From the NCBI GenBank assembly GCA_964511345.1, contig CAZEEV010000002.1:66770-130769 (forward strand): DNA of 64,000 bases, in the 5' to 3' direction. Every line of letters starts with the position of its first letter. The first letter of the stretch is position 1. The notes under the pieces were generated by a model. The model worked only from the letters and a program-made list of their open reading frames with translations. It had not been told where the DNA came from and searched no databases. Origin of the DNA: an uncultured Pseudomonadales bacterium (lineage in GTDB: Bacteria; Patescibacteriota; Microgenomatia; UBA1400; PJMF01). This document shows positions 55,001 to 64,000 of the stretch, one piece after another. Made by a program: the position numbers and the translations under genes.

Positions 55001-55714
55001 AAGATGAAAGTGAAGAAGCAAAACGGCTTAACGTTGATTGAAATTCTAGTTGTTGTTGCGCTTTTAATATTGATTTTGCTGGCTTTATTTAGAGTTTTTA
55101 GAGTTGACATTAATCGTACCAAAGACGCCCAGCGAAAAAGTGATCTGCGCGACATTAAATTGGCTTTTGAAGATTACTACAATGACCATCAAGAATATCC
55201 TCCAGAAGAATTTTTGCTAGATTGTGGAGGTGATTCTCTCAAACCATATTTGAAAGCAGTGCCTTGCGATCCAGATACAGGGGAACCATATTTATACTTT
55301 CCTTATCCAGGGAATGGAGACAACAGTCAAGGATATCGAGTTTTGAGTATTTTGACCGATTTAGCTGATCCTACCGTTGCGCAACTGGGTTGTCAGCGTG
55401 GCTGTGGCATTCCAGAGGATCACCCGAGCTTTAGCAATAGTTTCAATTATGTCTATGGTATTTCTGAGGGAGTCCCATTGGTTTTAGAAAATGTGACTTT
55501 TCCAACCAATACTCCCACTCCAAGTGTTACTGTTACACCAATTCCAACTGCTTATCCGGAGTATTGCGATACGCATTTGTGTTATTGTTGTGCTAACTCA
55601 GCTTATTCTTCGAGCCAAGACTGTAATGTTTGGGTGCAAGGCAACAACTGTGACATGGGTCCATTTACCACTGTTTCTCAGTGTTATAACGAGACACCTT
55701 GTGTGAGACAATAA
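55001..55714 (+). CDS. Type IV pilin-like protein (prepilin motif KKQNG/LTLIEIL), Cys-rich C-domain
   Basis: Class III signal with E at +5. Shares the 'YYNDxQxYP' motif with the two downstream pilins. Track start 54980 is likely too early. Confidence 0.65.
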   Translation, partial: KMKVKKQNGLTLIEILVVVALLILILLALFRVFRVDINRTKDAQRKSDLRDIKLAFEDYYNDHQEYPPEEFLLDCGGDSLKPYLKAVPCDPDTGEPYLYFPYPGNGDNSQGYRVLSILTDLADPTVAQLGCQRGCGIPEDHPSFSNSFNYVYGISEGVPLVLENVTFPTNTPTPSVTVTPIPTAYPEYCDTHLCYCCANSAYSSSQDCNVWVQGNNCDMGPFTTVSQCYNETPCVRQ

Positions 55715-55722
55715 ATAAAATT

Positions 55723-56271
55723 ATGCAAAAGCAAAAAGGTTTTACCTTACTCGAACTTCTAGTGGTGATGGCGATTATGGCCCTTTTAGCCGGTTTGGGA
55801 CTTCGTACTTTTGGTAGCGTGCAACAAAAATCCAGGGATGGACGTCGCAAACAAGACTTGCAAAGCATTAGTAAAGCTTTAGAAATTTATTACAATGATT
55901 TTAAGCATTATCCTTATGCTTCCAGCGGGAAAATTATGGGTTGTGGAGAAAATGCTACTGAAGAGTGTGTGTGGGGAGATGTTTGGCAAAATAGCAGTGA
56001 CTTGACTTTATACATGAGTAAGTTGCCGCAAGATCCTGGGGGTAGTCAGTATTTTTATTTAGCAGACGCTCAAGGACAGACTTATCGTTTATTCGCTTAT
56101 TTAGAAAATACGGAAGATGAAGCAGTGGCTAAAAATTCAGATAACGAAGCTGCTTATTATAGCGGTACTTATTGTCGTATTATTGATACTGTATTGTTAG
56201 TTAATACTTGTAATTACACAGTGATGAGTACCAATTTAACCACGACACCAGATATAGTAGATAGTTATTGA
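55723..56271 (+). CDS. Type IV pilin (MQKQKG/FTLLELLVVMAI)
   Basis: Canonical G/FTLLE prepilin cleavage and methylation motif. 'YYNDFKHYP' is present. Confidence 0.8.
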   Translation: MQKQKGFTLLELLVVMAIMALLAGLGLRTFGSVQQKSRDGRRKQDLQSISKALEIYYNDFKHYPYASSGKIMGCGENATEECVWGDVWQNSSDLTLYMSKLPQDPGGSQYFYLADAQGQTYRLFAYLENTEDEAVAKNSDNEAAYYSGTYCRIIDTVLLVNTCNYTVMSTNLTTTPDIVDSY

Positions 56272-56284
56272 TGCGCAATTTATT

Positions 56285-56749
56285 ATGCAAAAACAAAAAG
56301 CTTTTACTTTAATTGAACTTTTGGTGGTGATTTCAGTATTGGGAATTTTGGTGGCAGTAATTCTGCCTAACTTAATAGGTGTGCGTGCTCGTGCCAGAGA
56401 TAGTGCTCGTAAAAATGATCTCCGCCAACTCAAAGTGGCAATTCGCATGTACTACAATGATTATCAAACTTATCCTCCAGATGATGATAATGGTAATATT
56501 GTTGCTTGTGGATCAGATGGTACTTTGTTATGCCCAAATGGTGATGGAAGTTATGCGATTGGCGACATGATTTATATGAAAGAAATGATTCCAGTAGCGC
56601 AATTTGACTATGTGCAGATGAGTGCTGGGGAAGATTTTTTGCTATCCACAGTTTTAGAGAATGCTTCTGACACTGATATTGCAGAGAATGTTAGGCGCTG
56701 TAATGTGGCAGCTCCAGTGGCTTCTACTTATTATATTTGTGCTGACTAA
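56285..56749 (+). CDS. Type IV pilin (MQKQKA/FTLIELLVVISV), Ala at −1
   Basis: Near-identical N-terminus to the previous pilin, but with A instead of G before FTLIE. 'YYNDYQTYP' is present. Confidence 0.7.
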   Translation: MQKQKAFTLIELLVVISVLGILVAVILPNLIGVRARARDSARKNDLRQLKVAIRMYYNDYQTYPPDDDNGNIVACGSDGTLLCPNGDGSYAIGDMIYMKEMIPVAQFDYVQMSAGEDFLLSTVLENASDTDIAENVRRCNVAAPVASTYYICAD

Positions 56750-56800
56750 TTATTCTTGCGCCGATTAATCTTTTTTAGTTTTTTATTTTTTTACGTATTT

Positions 56801-59800
56801 CTAGTTGAAATGCAAACCGCTTGCGTTAACTCCTTCTAGATTAAATAAACCAACCCCAATGTTCAAAGGACTGGCAACACACCAAGAGGCGTAATATGGA
56901 CCAATAAAATACGGGGCAACTCGATATTGATAGGTATGGCCGCTACTAATACTAGTATCCAATAAATTAACGGTATTGGCAGCAAGGCTGGTTTGTAGGG
57001 TGGTCCAAACACCACCATCAACGCTGCGTTGCACTTCATAAAAATCTTCGTTACTCGCATTGTCCGTCCAGACTAATAAAAATTGAGTGCGGTCAATGTT
57101 TTCTTGAATGTAGCAATTACTGGCTGGAAGAGGAGTAGCTAGCGTGGCGAAACTATACGGTGTGTTTTGAGTTTCACTCCAAGTGTTAGTTCCAGCCGGG
57201 TCAATCGCATAACTACGCCAATAATAAGTGGTATTGGGTTCTAAATCTGTTTGAATGGTATAAGTGGCTTGAGTAGTGCTGGTATAAGCAGTGTCAGTTT
57301 GGCTATTTTGTCCACTCCAACCAACTTGAGAAGAGGTTTGATCAAAGGTTTGGCAGTTGGCTGTCATACCCACATTGGTACAAAGCTGAATCTTATAACG
57401 TAAATAATCTGAATCTGAGTCAGTAGTAGTGGTTTTAAAAGCAATAATAAAATTTTGATCAATAGCACTATCTGCTGGTGAATCTAAAGTTGGAATGTTG
57501 GGCTTTTGATTGGTGGTGAAATACTGCGTATCTGACCATGGACTTACCAGACCGAAAGTATCCCAGAAACGAATACGCCAATAATATGTATTGTTACCGT
57601 AATTAAGACCTGTGCCAGCATAGGAAATTTGAGGAGAGCGAGCGCCATTGGCAGTGGTAGTCATGCTTTGTTGGCCAGAATCCCAAATTACTGTTCCCGT
57701 AAAATCTGCAGCAGTGTTTACCTCAATCTCGTAATAATTAGCGCTATCACCATCATTGTCATTGTGAATAGCGGAGAATTCAGGAGTGGTGTCGACAACG
57801 CTAGTAGGATTAGCTGTATTTTCGGTGTACGGATTAGTAGGAGCTTCAGGATTATCAGTAGTAGTGAAACTGTATGGTGTGCTTTGAGTTTCGCTCCAAG
57901 TATTGCTGCCAGCTGGATCGATAGCGTAACTACGCCAGTAGTAAGTGGTATTAGTCGCTAAAATATCAGTTAACTGAATTGTATAAGTAGCTTGTGCTCC
58001 AGATGAATATGAGGCTGCTGACCAGCCAGTCTGAGAGGAAGTCTGATCAAAGGTTTTACAATTAGTAGTCATGGCTAAATCAGTACATAATTCAATCTTA
58101 TAGCGCAAATCGTCTGAATCTGGGTCAGTGGCAGTGGTTTTAAGAGCAGGAAGAAGACTTTGATTAACAGCTCCATCGAGGGGAGCATCTAAGGATGGAG
58201 TGAGAGGGATGTAATTAGAAGAATAATCAAGTGATACTGATGTTAAAGTTGCAGAGGGAGCTGGAGCATTATTTTGCGAAAGAATGGCTCGGTATTGAAA
58301 ATACTGATTGCCAGCAGAAGATGAGATAAGTGAGCTAAGTGGATTGGTGAGGTAACCAACAGAATAGCGGATATCATCTAACCAGATATTTGCTCCCTGT
58401 GAACCATCAGTGATGCGATATGTGAGGCGAGAAATGGCATCTCGGTGTTCTGCCATTGAGCCAGTAATGTCAAAGTATTCACGTTGCCACTTAAAAACAG
58501 TAGCGTTGGCAGTAAAACCACCAGTTGGAAAGGTGCTATCTGCATCCCAAGCAGCCACCGTGACTGCGCCAGTAGAGAAGTTAACAGCATTGACTGTGCC
58601 TTGAGCTAGATATTCAGTACCATCATAGTTTTCTTTGACAATGATTTTGTCATCTAGGAATAAGTGATTTGCCATAGCAGAACTACCATAAGCAGTTTCA
58701 TCAACAATGAAACTTAAATCCCCAGAGTTTGCAATCAGATTGCCGGCTCCAAGTTTGGCCTTAAAATCAATGGTAATGTCATGAGTGCGAGCACCGACTT
58801 CATAAGCTTGACGGATTTGATCTGCACTACGAATAACATTGTCTACGCGTACCTCATCAACAATAGTATTTGAGTATCTATCAGAAACATTTCTTCTAAG
58901 AGCTCCTACGGCGTAGCCTAAGTCATAGCTAGCATGATAGGCTACATCACTAGTAGACAACGTGCCTGAAGCAACTAGTTGACCGTTAAGATAGAGTAAT
59001 GTTTCTCCAGTAGTTTTATTATATGTTGCTGAGGCAAAATACCAGTTTCCTGCAACCGGAGTAAAACTGTAAGTGACAGCGGTTGCTGTCGAAGTACCTA
59101 TATATCTATTAAACACAAGTCCGCCACTATTAAAATATAACCCCATGCCATAATACAGTCCTCCTGTAGATACAATGCCTCTGTTTAGAATAACTACTTC
59201 ATTAGTAAAGTTGGTAGCCTTAATCCAACCGCTAACACTAAAAGAATTATTTTTAATAGGAGTATCAATAGTATTGGGCAATGTTAAATAATCACTGCTT
59301 GTGCCATTAAAATATCGAGCCCTCCCAATTTTCCCCAGAGTAAAAGTAGTGCCTGTTGGAGTGCCATGATTGCTATTGCCAGAGAAATCTTTTAAGTAAG
59401 CACCTGCGCCAGATTGTTCATCGAGGTGCCATAGTCCAACAGTGCTAGTATCAGGCTCATAGTTGGCTAAGGCTGATTCTCCAATAGTAAGTTGGGAAAA
59501 GGTTCCAAGTCTGTCTGAAGCAATCCAGAAAGGTAACTTAGTGGTAGAAGAAAGATTTGTAGAAGAAATGATTTTGCTTACTCGATTGTCTCGACCCATG
59601 CGGTAGTTTTCAGCAATTTCTTCGAAAGAACGAGCGACGCTGGAGATGCGAATTTCGTCGATTGTTCCAGCGAAATAGCTTCCCGCACCTAACCTTCCTA
59701 TGTTGTTGCGTGGAGCAGGAGAGTAATCTATGGCTGTTGAATAAGTGCCAACACCTTGTTGAACTCCATCAACATAAATCTTAATTTGGCTGCTTCCAGC

Positions 59801-62800
59801 ATCTTTATTATATGTTCCAACCAGATAATGCCATGCGTTATTATCAATGTCGATTGCTGATGTAGCAACTGCACTTCCGCCATTAATGCTGAAAACTGGC
59901 TTACCTGTATTATCTAAGTATAATCCAAAGCCATCTACAGTCTCCAAACGATCGTAAATGGATTGCAATGAGGAAACTGTGGAAGAAGTTTTAACCCAGG
60001 CTTCAACTGTTACTTGACTAGTTGGACTCAAATTAGCGGTTGAACCAATACTGATATAATCACTACTTCCATTAAAACTTCTCGCTTTGCCAGAAGTGCC
60101 TTCAGTGACGGCGGTTCCCGTGGGTGTACCATGATTATTATTTCCAGATGAGTCTTTGATATATGCACCGGCCCCACCTGTTTCATCAAGGTGCCAAATA
60201 GCAATGGTATTGAGGTCCGAGCCAGGCTTTCCAGTTGTTAATTGCATACTACTACCGAGACCACTTGATTTTGCCTGTGGTGAAATTTTTTGTGTGTAAA
60301 AAGAAGATGGACTAGTAGAGCCAGAAAGAGTATTAGAGTAGTACATGGCAATTGAGCCATAGTAACCAATAATTCCGGGATAGCCACTTCCGCCGTCTCC
60401 AGCTCCCTGAGTGCCTCCAATCCCTCCAGTTCCACCCGTTCCATAGTTAGTAGCTGTAGTACCAGTTAAGGAGATGCTATTGGCGTTAATGACAATGCTA
60501 CCTCCACTTCCTCCTTGGCCACCTCCACCTCCACCTCCAGCTCCGGCACTAGATCCAGAACCGGCCCCACCATTTCCACCATTTCCACCATTTCCAGCAT
60601 TCGAAATAATATACCCAGAAGAACTGATTGAGTTGGAGTTTATGATGATAATTCCACCTCCACCTCCACCGGCCCCACCATTTCCACCAGCAGAGGAATT
60701 ATTGGATCCGGTATCTGTGCCACGGGCGCCGCCGATACCATTACGTGAGCCACCTCCACCTCCATTAGCACAGGCATAGTCTCCAGCACCACCTCCACCT
60801 CCACCTCCAGCTCCTTGGCTAGCTCCACTCCCAAAAAAGACTAGTGAACCATCATTTTTATACAAATTTCTAATACTAGAATAAGCACCACCTCCACCTC
60901 CACCACCAGCAGAATCACGGTTGCCGGCTCCTCCACCTCCACCACCACGATATCCACTAGAACTACTTCCAGCATATCCGGTATTTGAAACCTTACTCCC
61001 CCCATTTCCTCCAGGGCTGCTACCACTTCCACCCGTTCCATTATCATAGCCATAACCAGAACCTCCACCTCCACCTCCAGTGGCGCTTCCATTGCCTCCA
61101 ATGCCGGTTGTACCACTGACATAGCCATTGCCAGCCCCATCAGCGCCTATTCCACCAGAATTTACTGCGCCTGCAGTACCACCGCATCCATGTCCCATAG
61201 TACCTCCACCACCTCCACCTCCACCTTCATTGGCAAAACCGATGTAACTTTCTGGACCATTCCCACCGACGACTCCACCCCGGAATCCTTTTTGGCTTAC
61301 GTCAATATAGCCACTATTTGTAATTGCTCCGGTAGCTCTAAAAAATAACACACCATTTTTTGTTCCATTCCAGGCGTCAATTGTCAAAGTTGCTCCACCA
61401 CTAATTGCTACGTCCGTATAATTTGGCACTCTTTGAACCATAATTTTGTGAGTGGTGCCGTCATAAATATTTTGTATATGGTAATCTGTGAAATTAAGCG
61501 TGTTTGTAGAAATAGAGGATATGGTGTGAGTTTCATATTGTCCAACGCGGTTATAGCTAGAACTAGTGCCCTGAAGATTGATGATCAGAACTTCATCTCC
61601 TACATCAAGTCCAGTTGGCGAGGATGAGATAGTTATCGAAGTGCTTCCAGCATCAGTGAAAGTATTTGATGAAAAGTTAATAGCGTCTGCATCAGCACGG
61701 CCTGAGCAACTTGCTGAATTTAAATTTATTGTTCCAGAATCAATAGTACAATTGCCGTCATCACCAGTTCCCGTATTAATGGCACCAACTTTATTGATAT
61801 TAGAAGAAATATTCTGGTAATTTTCTGTTGACCATTGATCAGCAGAATTATCTAAACTATCTATTTGTGACTCGTTTATTGTTGGTTGCCATTCCTCCCA
61901 CGTACCATCATTAGTATTGGCAGAGGATCCAACTCTAGTCTGTAGCTCGATACGAGAAGAATTGTAGTTAGAGAGGATTTCAGAAGCAGTCAGTGCACGA
62001 GAATAGATACGAGTGGAGTCGATAATGCCTGAGAAGAAATTACTGCCTCCATATGAACCAATATCAAAATCATTATTTGTTGTGAGCAGATTTCCAGATG
62101 TCGCTGTTGAGCCGGTTAATTGTCCATTAACATAGATCTTTACGCTTGATCCGTCGTAAGTACCAACAAGGTGATACCAACTCCCAGGATTCAAGGCAAT
62201 GGAGGAGTCAGCGTTATAATCAGTCCCTCCGGGCCCAACTCTAAATCTAGGCTTTGAAGAGGTGTAGCTGGAGAATAAGACGAAGCTATTAGATGAAGGA
62301 TTAGTCCAATTTGAAACAACGGCACTAATGTTGCTAGTTGCGGCTGGTTTTACCCATGACTCGACCGTTAATTGATCGGTAATGGTATTTATTGCCGATG
62401 AGGTGATTGTATCGTTTGTTCCATCAAACATTAAGGCCCCAGAACCCCAACGTTTATTATTTGTGGTCCAACCAGAGCCTACTGATGATGAAATTGGATA
62501 TCTGATAATCACAACACCATTGCCACCAGCTCCAAGACTTGCGCCAGTTGAGCCACCACCACCACCTCCACCAACCAAACTTGTTGTGTTACCGCCACCA
62601 TTTTGGCCAAATCCTAATCCACCACTTCCGCCGGTAGCATAATATCCATTACCACCACCACCTCCACCATAATAAACAGATGTACCGCTAATTGAATACG
62701 CAGCTCCATTACCTCCGTTTCCACCACTACTAGAGTTGCCATTGGTTCCACTTCCTCCAGCACCTCCACCACCACCACCAGTATATGGACTGCTACAACC

Positions 62801-64000
62801 TATTCCTGATCCTCCAGAGTTTCCTTGTCCAGCGGTTCCGCTTGCTCCACTGCCACTGTATCCACCACCACCACCAGATCCTCCTGAAGTAGCATTTACG
62901 ATTACAACACAGCTATTACTACTACCACCATGCCCACCACCATAAGCAGTAATAGTACCGAATACTGAATTCTCTCCATTTGTTTCAATTGCTCCACCTG
63001 AGCCAACGGTAACAGTAACGGGGGAAGTATTTAGAGAGTAGGAAGAGTTATACGCAATACCTCCACCTCCACCACCTCCGCCATATGTAGCTCCACCGCC
63101 GCCTCCACCACCAACAACCAGAACTTCTGCATTTAATGTTTGAGATGGAGTAAAAGTACCACTGGATGTAAAAGTATGAACAGCGTAGCCATCAATATAA
63201 GTAATAGTTCCACCGGTTGCTAAAGCAGTTGGTTCAGGACTACTAGAAAAATTATTTAGCGTTCCATCACAGCTGTCGCCACAACTGCCTCCAGAGTTAG
63301 CAGTGGTGCCATTGGTTTCGTTAAAGTTCCATTGTGCTACCAAACCATCTGTAGAATAAGGAGTTTCGCCATCGCCAGTTGCAATGCCATTTGCCAACCA
63401 GCTTAAATCATTCCAAGCATTAACATTGGTTAGATCAATAACATCAGAAGTATAAACAGAATAGGGGCGACGAGAGGCGGTGAGCTTGATTTCTTCTGGA
63501 GTGCGGGCGACATTACTAATGCGGACTTCATCCATTGTGCCGTTGAAGGTATTACTTGTTCCGTTATAACGCTTTCCAAGAACCAAGGCATTGGCACTTG
63601 CTCCAATTGCTCCGGTGTTAATTACAGATCCAATGTTATTTCCATCTGCATAAAAAGTGTATTGGCTACCAGCTTTTGTCATTGCCACATGGACCCAACG
63701 ATTTGTTGGCCAAGTGTAGTTATTTGAATTAGCAATAACAGTGTTTGAACTTCCTGAAGTGCCAACAAATTCTAAACCCGCTGTGGCTGATTTAGTATAA
63801 AAAGTCCAGCCACTGGCAGAAGTCCATTTTTCTGCAAGAATTTGTGTCCCTGGGGCTGTTGTCCAATAATACCAACCTTCAATAGTGAAGTTTGAAGTTG
63901 CCGATAAATCGAATGCTGTGCTAGTACTTGATGTAATAATATCGCTCGTGGTACTAAATTGACGACTATTTCCCAATAATCCACTAACTATAGTTGTATT
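56801..64000 (-). CDS. Giant surface protein (>2399 aa, 5' end beyond window): 4 LamG/ConA-like domains, long poly-Gly tracts, C-terminal tandem FN3-like repeats
   Basis: The ORF stays open to nt 64000; the track 'start' at 63976 is a TTG. The LamG_3 signature recurs four times ('MDEVRISNVARTPEEI', 'IIDSTRIYSRALTASEI', 'TIDEIRISSVARSFEEI', 'IVDEVRVDNVIRSADQI'). Runs of GGGGGG are present. Confidence 0.6.
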   Translation of the reverse strand, partial: NTTIVSGLLGNSRQFSTTSDIITSSTSTAFDLSATSNFTIEGWYYWTTAPGTQILAEKWTSASGWTFYTKSATAGLEFVGTSGSSNTVIANSNNYTWPTNRWVHVAMTKAGSQYTFYADGNNIGSVINTGAIGASANALVLGKRYNGTSNTFNGTMDEVRISNVARTPEEIKLTASRRPYSVYTSDVIDLTNVNAWNDLSWLANGIATGDGETPYSTDGLVAQWNFNETNGTTANSGGSCGDSCDGTLNNFSSSPEPTALATGGTITYIDGYAVHTFTSSGTFTPSQTLNAEVLVVGGGGGGGATYGGGGGGGGIAYNSSYSLNTSPVTVTVGSGGAIETNGENSVFGTITAYGGGHGGSSNSCVVIVNATSGGSGGGGGYSGSGASGTAGQGNSGGSGIGCSSPYTGGGGGGAGGSGTNGNSSSGGNGGNGAAYSISGTSVYYGGGGGGNGYYATGGSGGLGFGQNGGGNTTSLVGGGGGGGSTGASLGAGGNGVVIIRYPISSSVGSGWTTNNKRWGSGALMFDGTNDTITSSAINTITDQLTVESWVKPAATSNISAVVSNWTNPSSNSFVLFSSYTSSKPRFRVGPGGTDYNADSSIALNPGSWYHLVGTYDGSSVKIYVNGQLTGSTATSGNLLTTNNDFDIGSYGGSNFFSGIIDSTRIYSRALTASEILSNYNSSRIELQTRVGSSANTNDGTWEEWQPTINESQIDSLDNSADQWSTENYQNISSNINKVGAINTGTGDDGNCTIDSGTINLNSASCSGRADADAINFSSNTFTDAGSTSITISSSPTGLDVGDEVLIINLQGTSSSYNRVGQYETHTISSISTNTLNFTDYHIQNIYDGTTHKIMVQRVPNYTDVAISGGATLTIDAWNGTKNGVLFFRATGAITNSGYIDVSQKGFRGGVVGGNGPESYIGFANEGGGGGGGGTMGHGCGGTAGAVNSGGIGADGAGNGYVSGTTGIGGNGSATGGGGGGSGYGYDNGTGGSGSSPGGNGGSKVSNTGYAGSSSSGYRGGGGGGAGNRDSAGGGGGGGAYSSIRNLYKNDGSLVFFGSGASQGAGGGGGGGAGDYACANGGGGGSRNGIGGARGTDTGSNNSSAGGNGGAGGGGGGIIIINSNSISSSGYIISNAGNGGNGGNGGAGSGSSAGAGGGGGGGQGGSGGSIVINANSISLTGTTATNYGTGGTGGIGGTQGAGDGGSGYPGIIGYYGSIAMYYSNTLSGSTSPSSFYTQKISPQAKSSGLGSSMQLTTGKPGSDLNTIAIWHLDETGGAGAYIKDSSGNNNHGTPTGTAVTEGTSGKARSFNGSSDYISIGSTANLSPTSQVTVEAWVKTSSTVSSLQSIYDRLETVDGFGLYLDNTGKPVFSINGGSAVATSAIDIDNNAWHYLVGTYNKDAGSSQIKIYVDGVQQGVGTYSTAIDYSPAPRNNIGRLGAGSYFAGTIDEIRISSVARSFEEIAENYRMGRDNRVSKIISSTNLSSTTKLPFWIASDRLGTFSQLTIGESALANYEPDTSTVGLWHLDEQSGAGAYLKDFSGNSNHGTPTGTTFTLGKIGRARYFNGTSSDYLTLPNTIDTPIKNNSFSVSGWIKATNFTNEVVILNRGIVSTGGLYYGMGLYFNSGGLVFNRYIGTSTATAVTYSFTPVAGNWYFASATYNKTTGETLLYLNGQLVASGTLSTSDVAYHASYDLGYAVGALRRNVSDRYSNTIVDEVRVDNVIRSADQIRQAYEVGARTHDITIDFKAKLGAGNLIANSGDLSFIVDETAYGSSAMANHLFLDDKIIVKENYDGTEYLAQGTVNAVNFSTGAVTVAAWDADSTFPTGGFTANATVFKWQREYFDITGSMAEHRDAISRLTYRITDGSQGANIWLDDIRYSVGYLTNPLSSLISSSAGNQYFQYRAILSQNNAPAPSATLTSVSLDYSSNYIPLTPSLDAPLDGAVNQSLLPALKTTATDPDSDDLRYKIELCTDLAMTTNCKTFDQTSSQTGWSAASYSSGAQATYTIQLTDILATNTTYYWRSYAIDPAGSNTWSETQSTPYSFTTTDNPEAPTNPYTENTANPTSVVDTTPEFSAIHNDNDGDSANYYEIEVNTAADFTGTVIWDSGQQSMTTTANGARSPQISYAGTGLNYGNNTYYWRIRFWDTFGLVSPWSDTQYFTTNQKPNIPTLDSPADSAIDQNFIIAFKTTTTDSDSDYLRYKIQLCTNVGMTANCQTFDQTSSQVGWSGQNSQTDTAYTSTTQATYTIQTDLEPNTTYYWRSYAIDPAGTNTWSETQNTPYSFATLATPLPASNCYIQENIDRTQFLLVWTDNASNEDFYEVQRSVDGGVWTTLQTSLAANTVNLLDTSISSGHTYQYRVAPYFIGPYYASWCVASPLNIGVGLFNLEGVNASGLHFN
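57150..58230 (-). repeat. Tandem duplicated ~120-aa FN3-like modules (two near-identical copies separated by a third related module) inside the giant gene
   Basis: Protein repeats '…LDAPLDGAVNQSLLPALKTTATDPDSDDLRYKIELCTDLAMTTNCKTFDQTSSQTGWS…TTYYWRSYAIDPAGSNTWSETQSTPYSF' and '…LDSPADSAIDQNFIIAFKTTTTDSDSDYLRYKIQLCTNVGMTANCQTFDQTSSQVGWS…TTYYWRSYAIDPAGTNTWSETQNTPYSF'. The matching nucleotide similarity is visible near 57150 and 57870. Confidence 0.5.

Noticed and set aside
60474-62945. Pro-rich plus-strand ORFs (60474..60779, 62382..62642, 62736..62945) inside the giant gene
   Set aside because: They are the reverse-complement reading of the poly-Gly GGN tracts of the minus-strand giant protein (CCN codons give Pro). 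They are not independent genes.
1-64000. Alternative genetic code (UGA=Gly, code 25) as in some CPR lineages
   Set aside because: Long ORFs (up to >2390 codons) are uninterrupted under the standard code and gene density is high without recoding. No evidence for reassignment.
1-64000. CRISPR arrays, tRNA/rRNA genes, transposase genes
   Set aside because: I found no regularly spaced direct repeats. No cloverleaf-compatible tRNA sequence turned up in the intergenic regions. No DDE or serine-recombinase motifs were seen.

Overview
The window is AT-rich (roughly 35% GC by eye) and densely coded. It reads like a small-genome Gram-positive-like or CPR/Patescibacteria-like chromosome, and long ORFs are intact under the standard code. 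It spans the replication-origin neighbourhood. The co-directional minus-strand block is dnaA – dnaN – rpmH – rnpA – yidD – yidC – jag – rnhA. I found rpmH by hand as a 48-aa ORF below the track cutoff. A DnaA-box-bearing AT-rich gap lies between dnaA and dnaN. Housekeeping genes include valS, uppS, idi, rplY, radA, rho, obg and yvcK. The accessory content is dominated by a dispersed Gram-positive-type type IV secretion (T4SS)-like system. (1) A tandem array of six small two-TM 'T4SS pilin / TrbC-VirB2-like' paralogs lies at 1..2291. (2) An operon directly upstream of and reading into dnaA encodes a VirB4 ATPase, a protein with a VirB4-N-like domain and a long Pro/Thr/Ser-rich tail, a PrgI/VirB3-like protein, a bitopic VirB8/TcpC-like candidate, and a 1239-aa membrane protein with an M23-peptidase-like C-terminus. 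(3) A second locus has a VirB6/TrbL-like polytopic protein, a 953-aa secreted protein with an SLT-like C-terminus, and two Cys-rich secreted proteins whose C-termini are the same pilin hairpin (pilin-adhesin fusions). (4) A soluble VirD4/TraG-like P-loop ATPase sits about 27 kb away. No relaxase or integrase is visible. The window also carries several cell-wall remodelling proteins (SpoIID/LytB-like, VanW-like, LysM-M23), three tandem type IV pilin genes beside a Wzy_C/O-antigen-ligase-like + TPR membrane protein (a pilin glycosylation candidate), and a convergent giant (>2399 aa, runs off the window) LamG×4 / poly-Gly / FN3-repeat surface protein. All family calls rest on motif recognition by eye; nothing was searched or computed.
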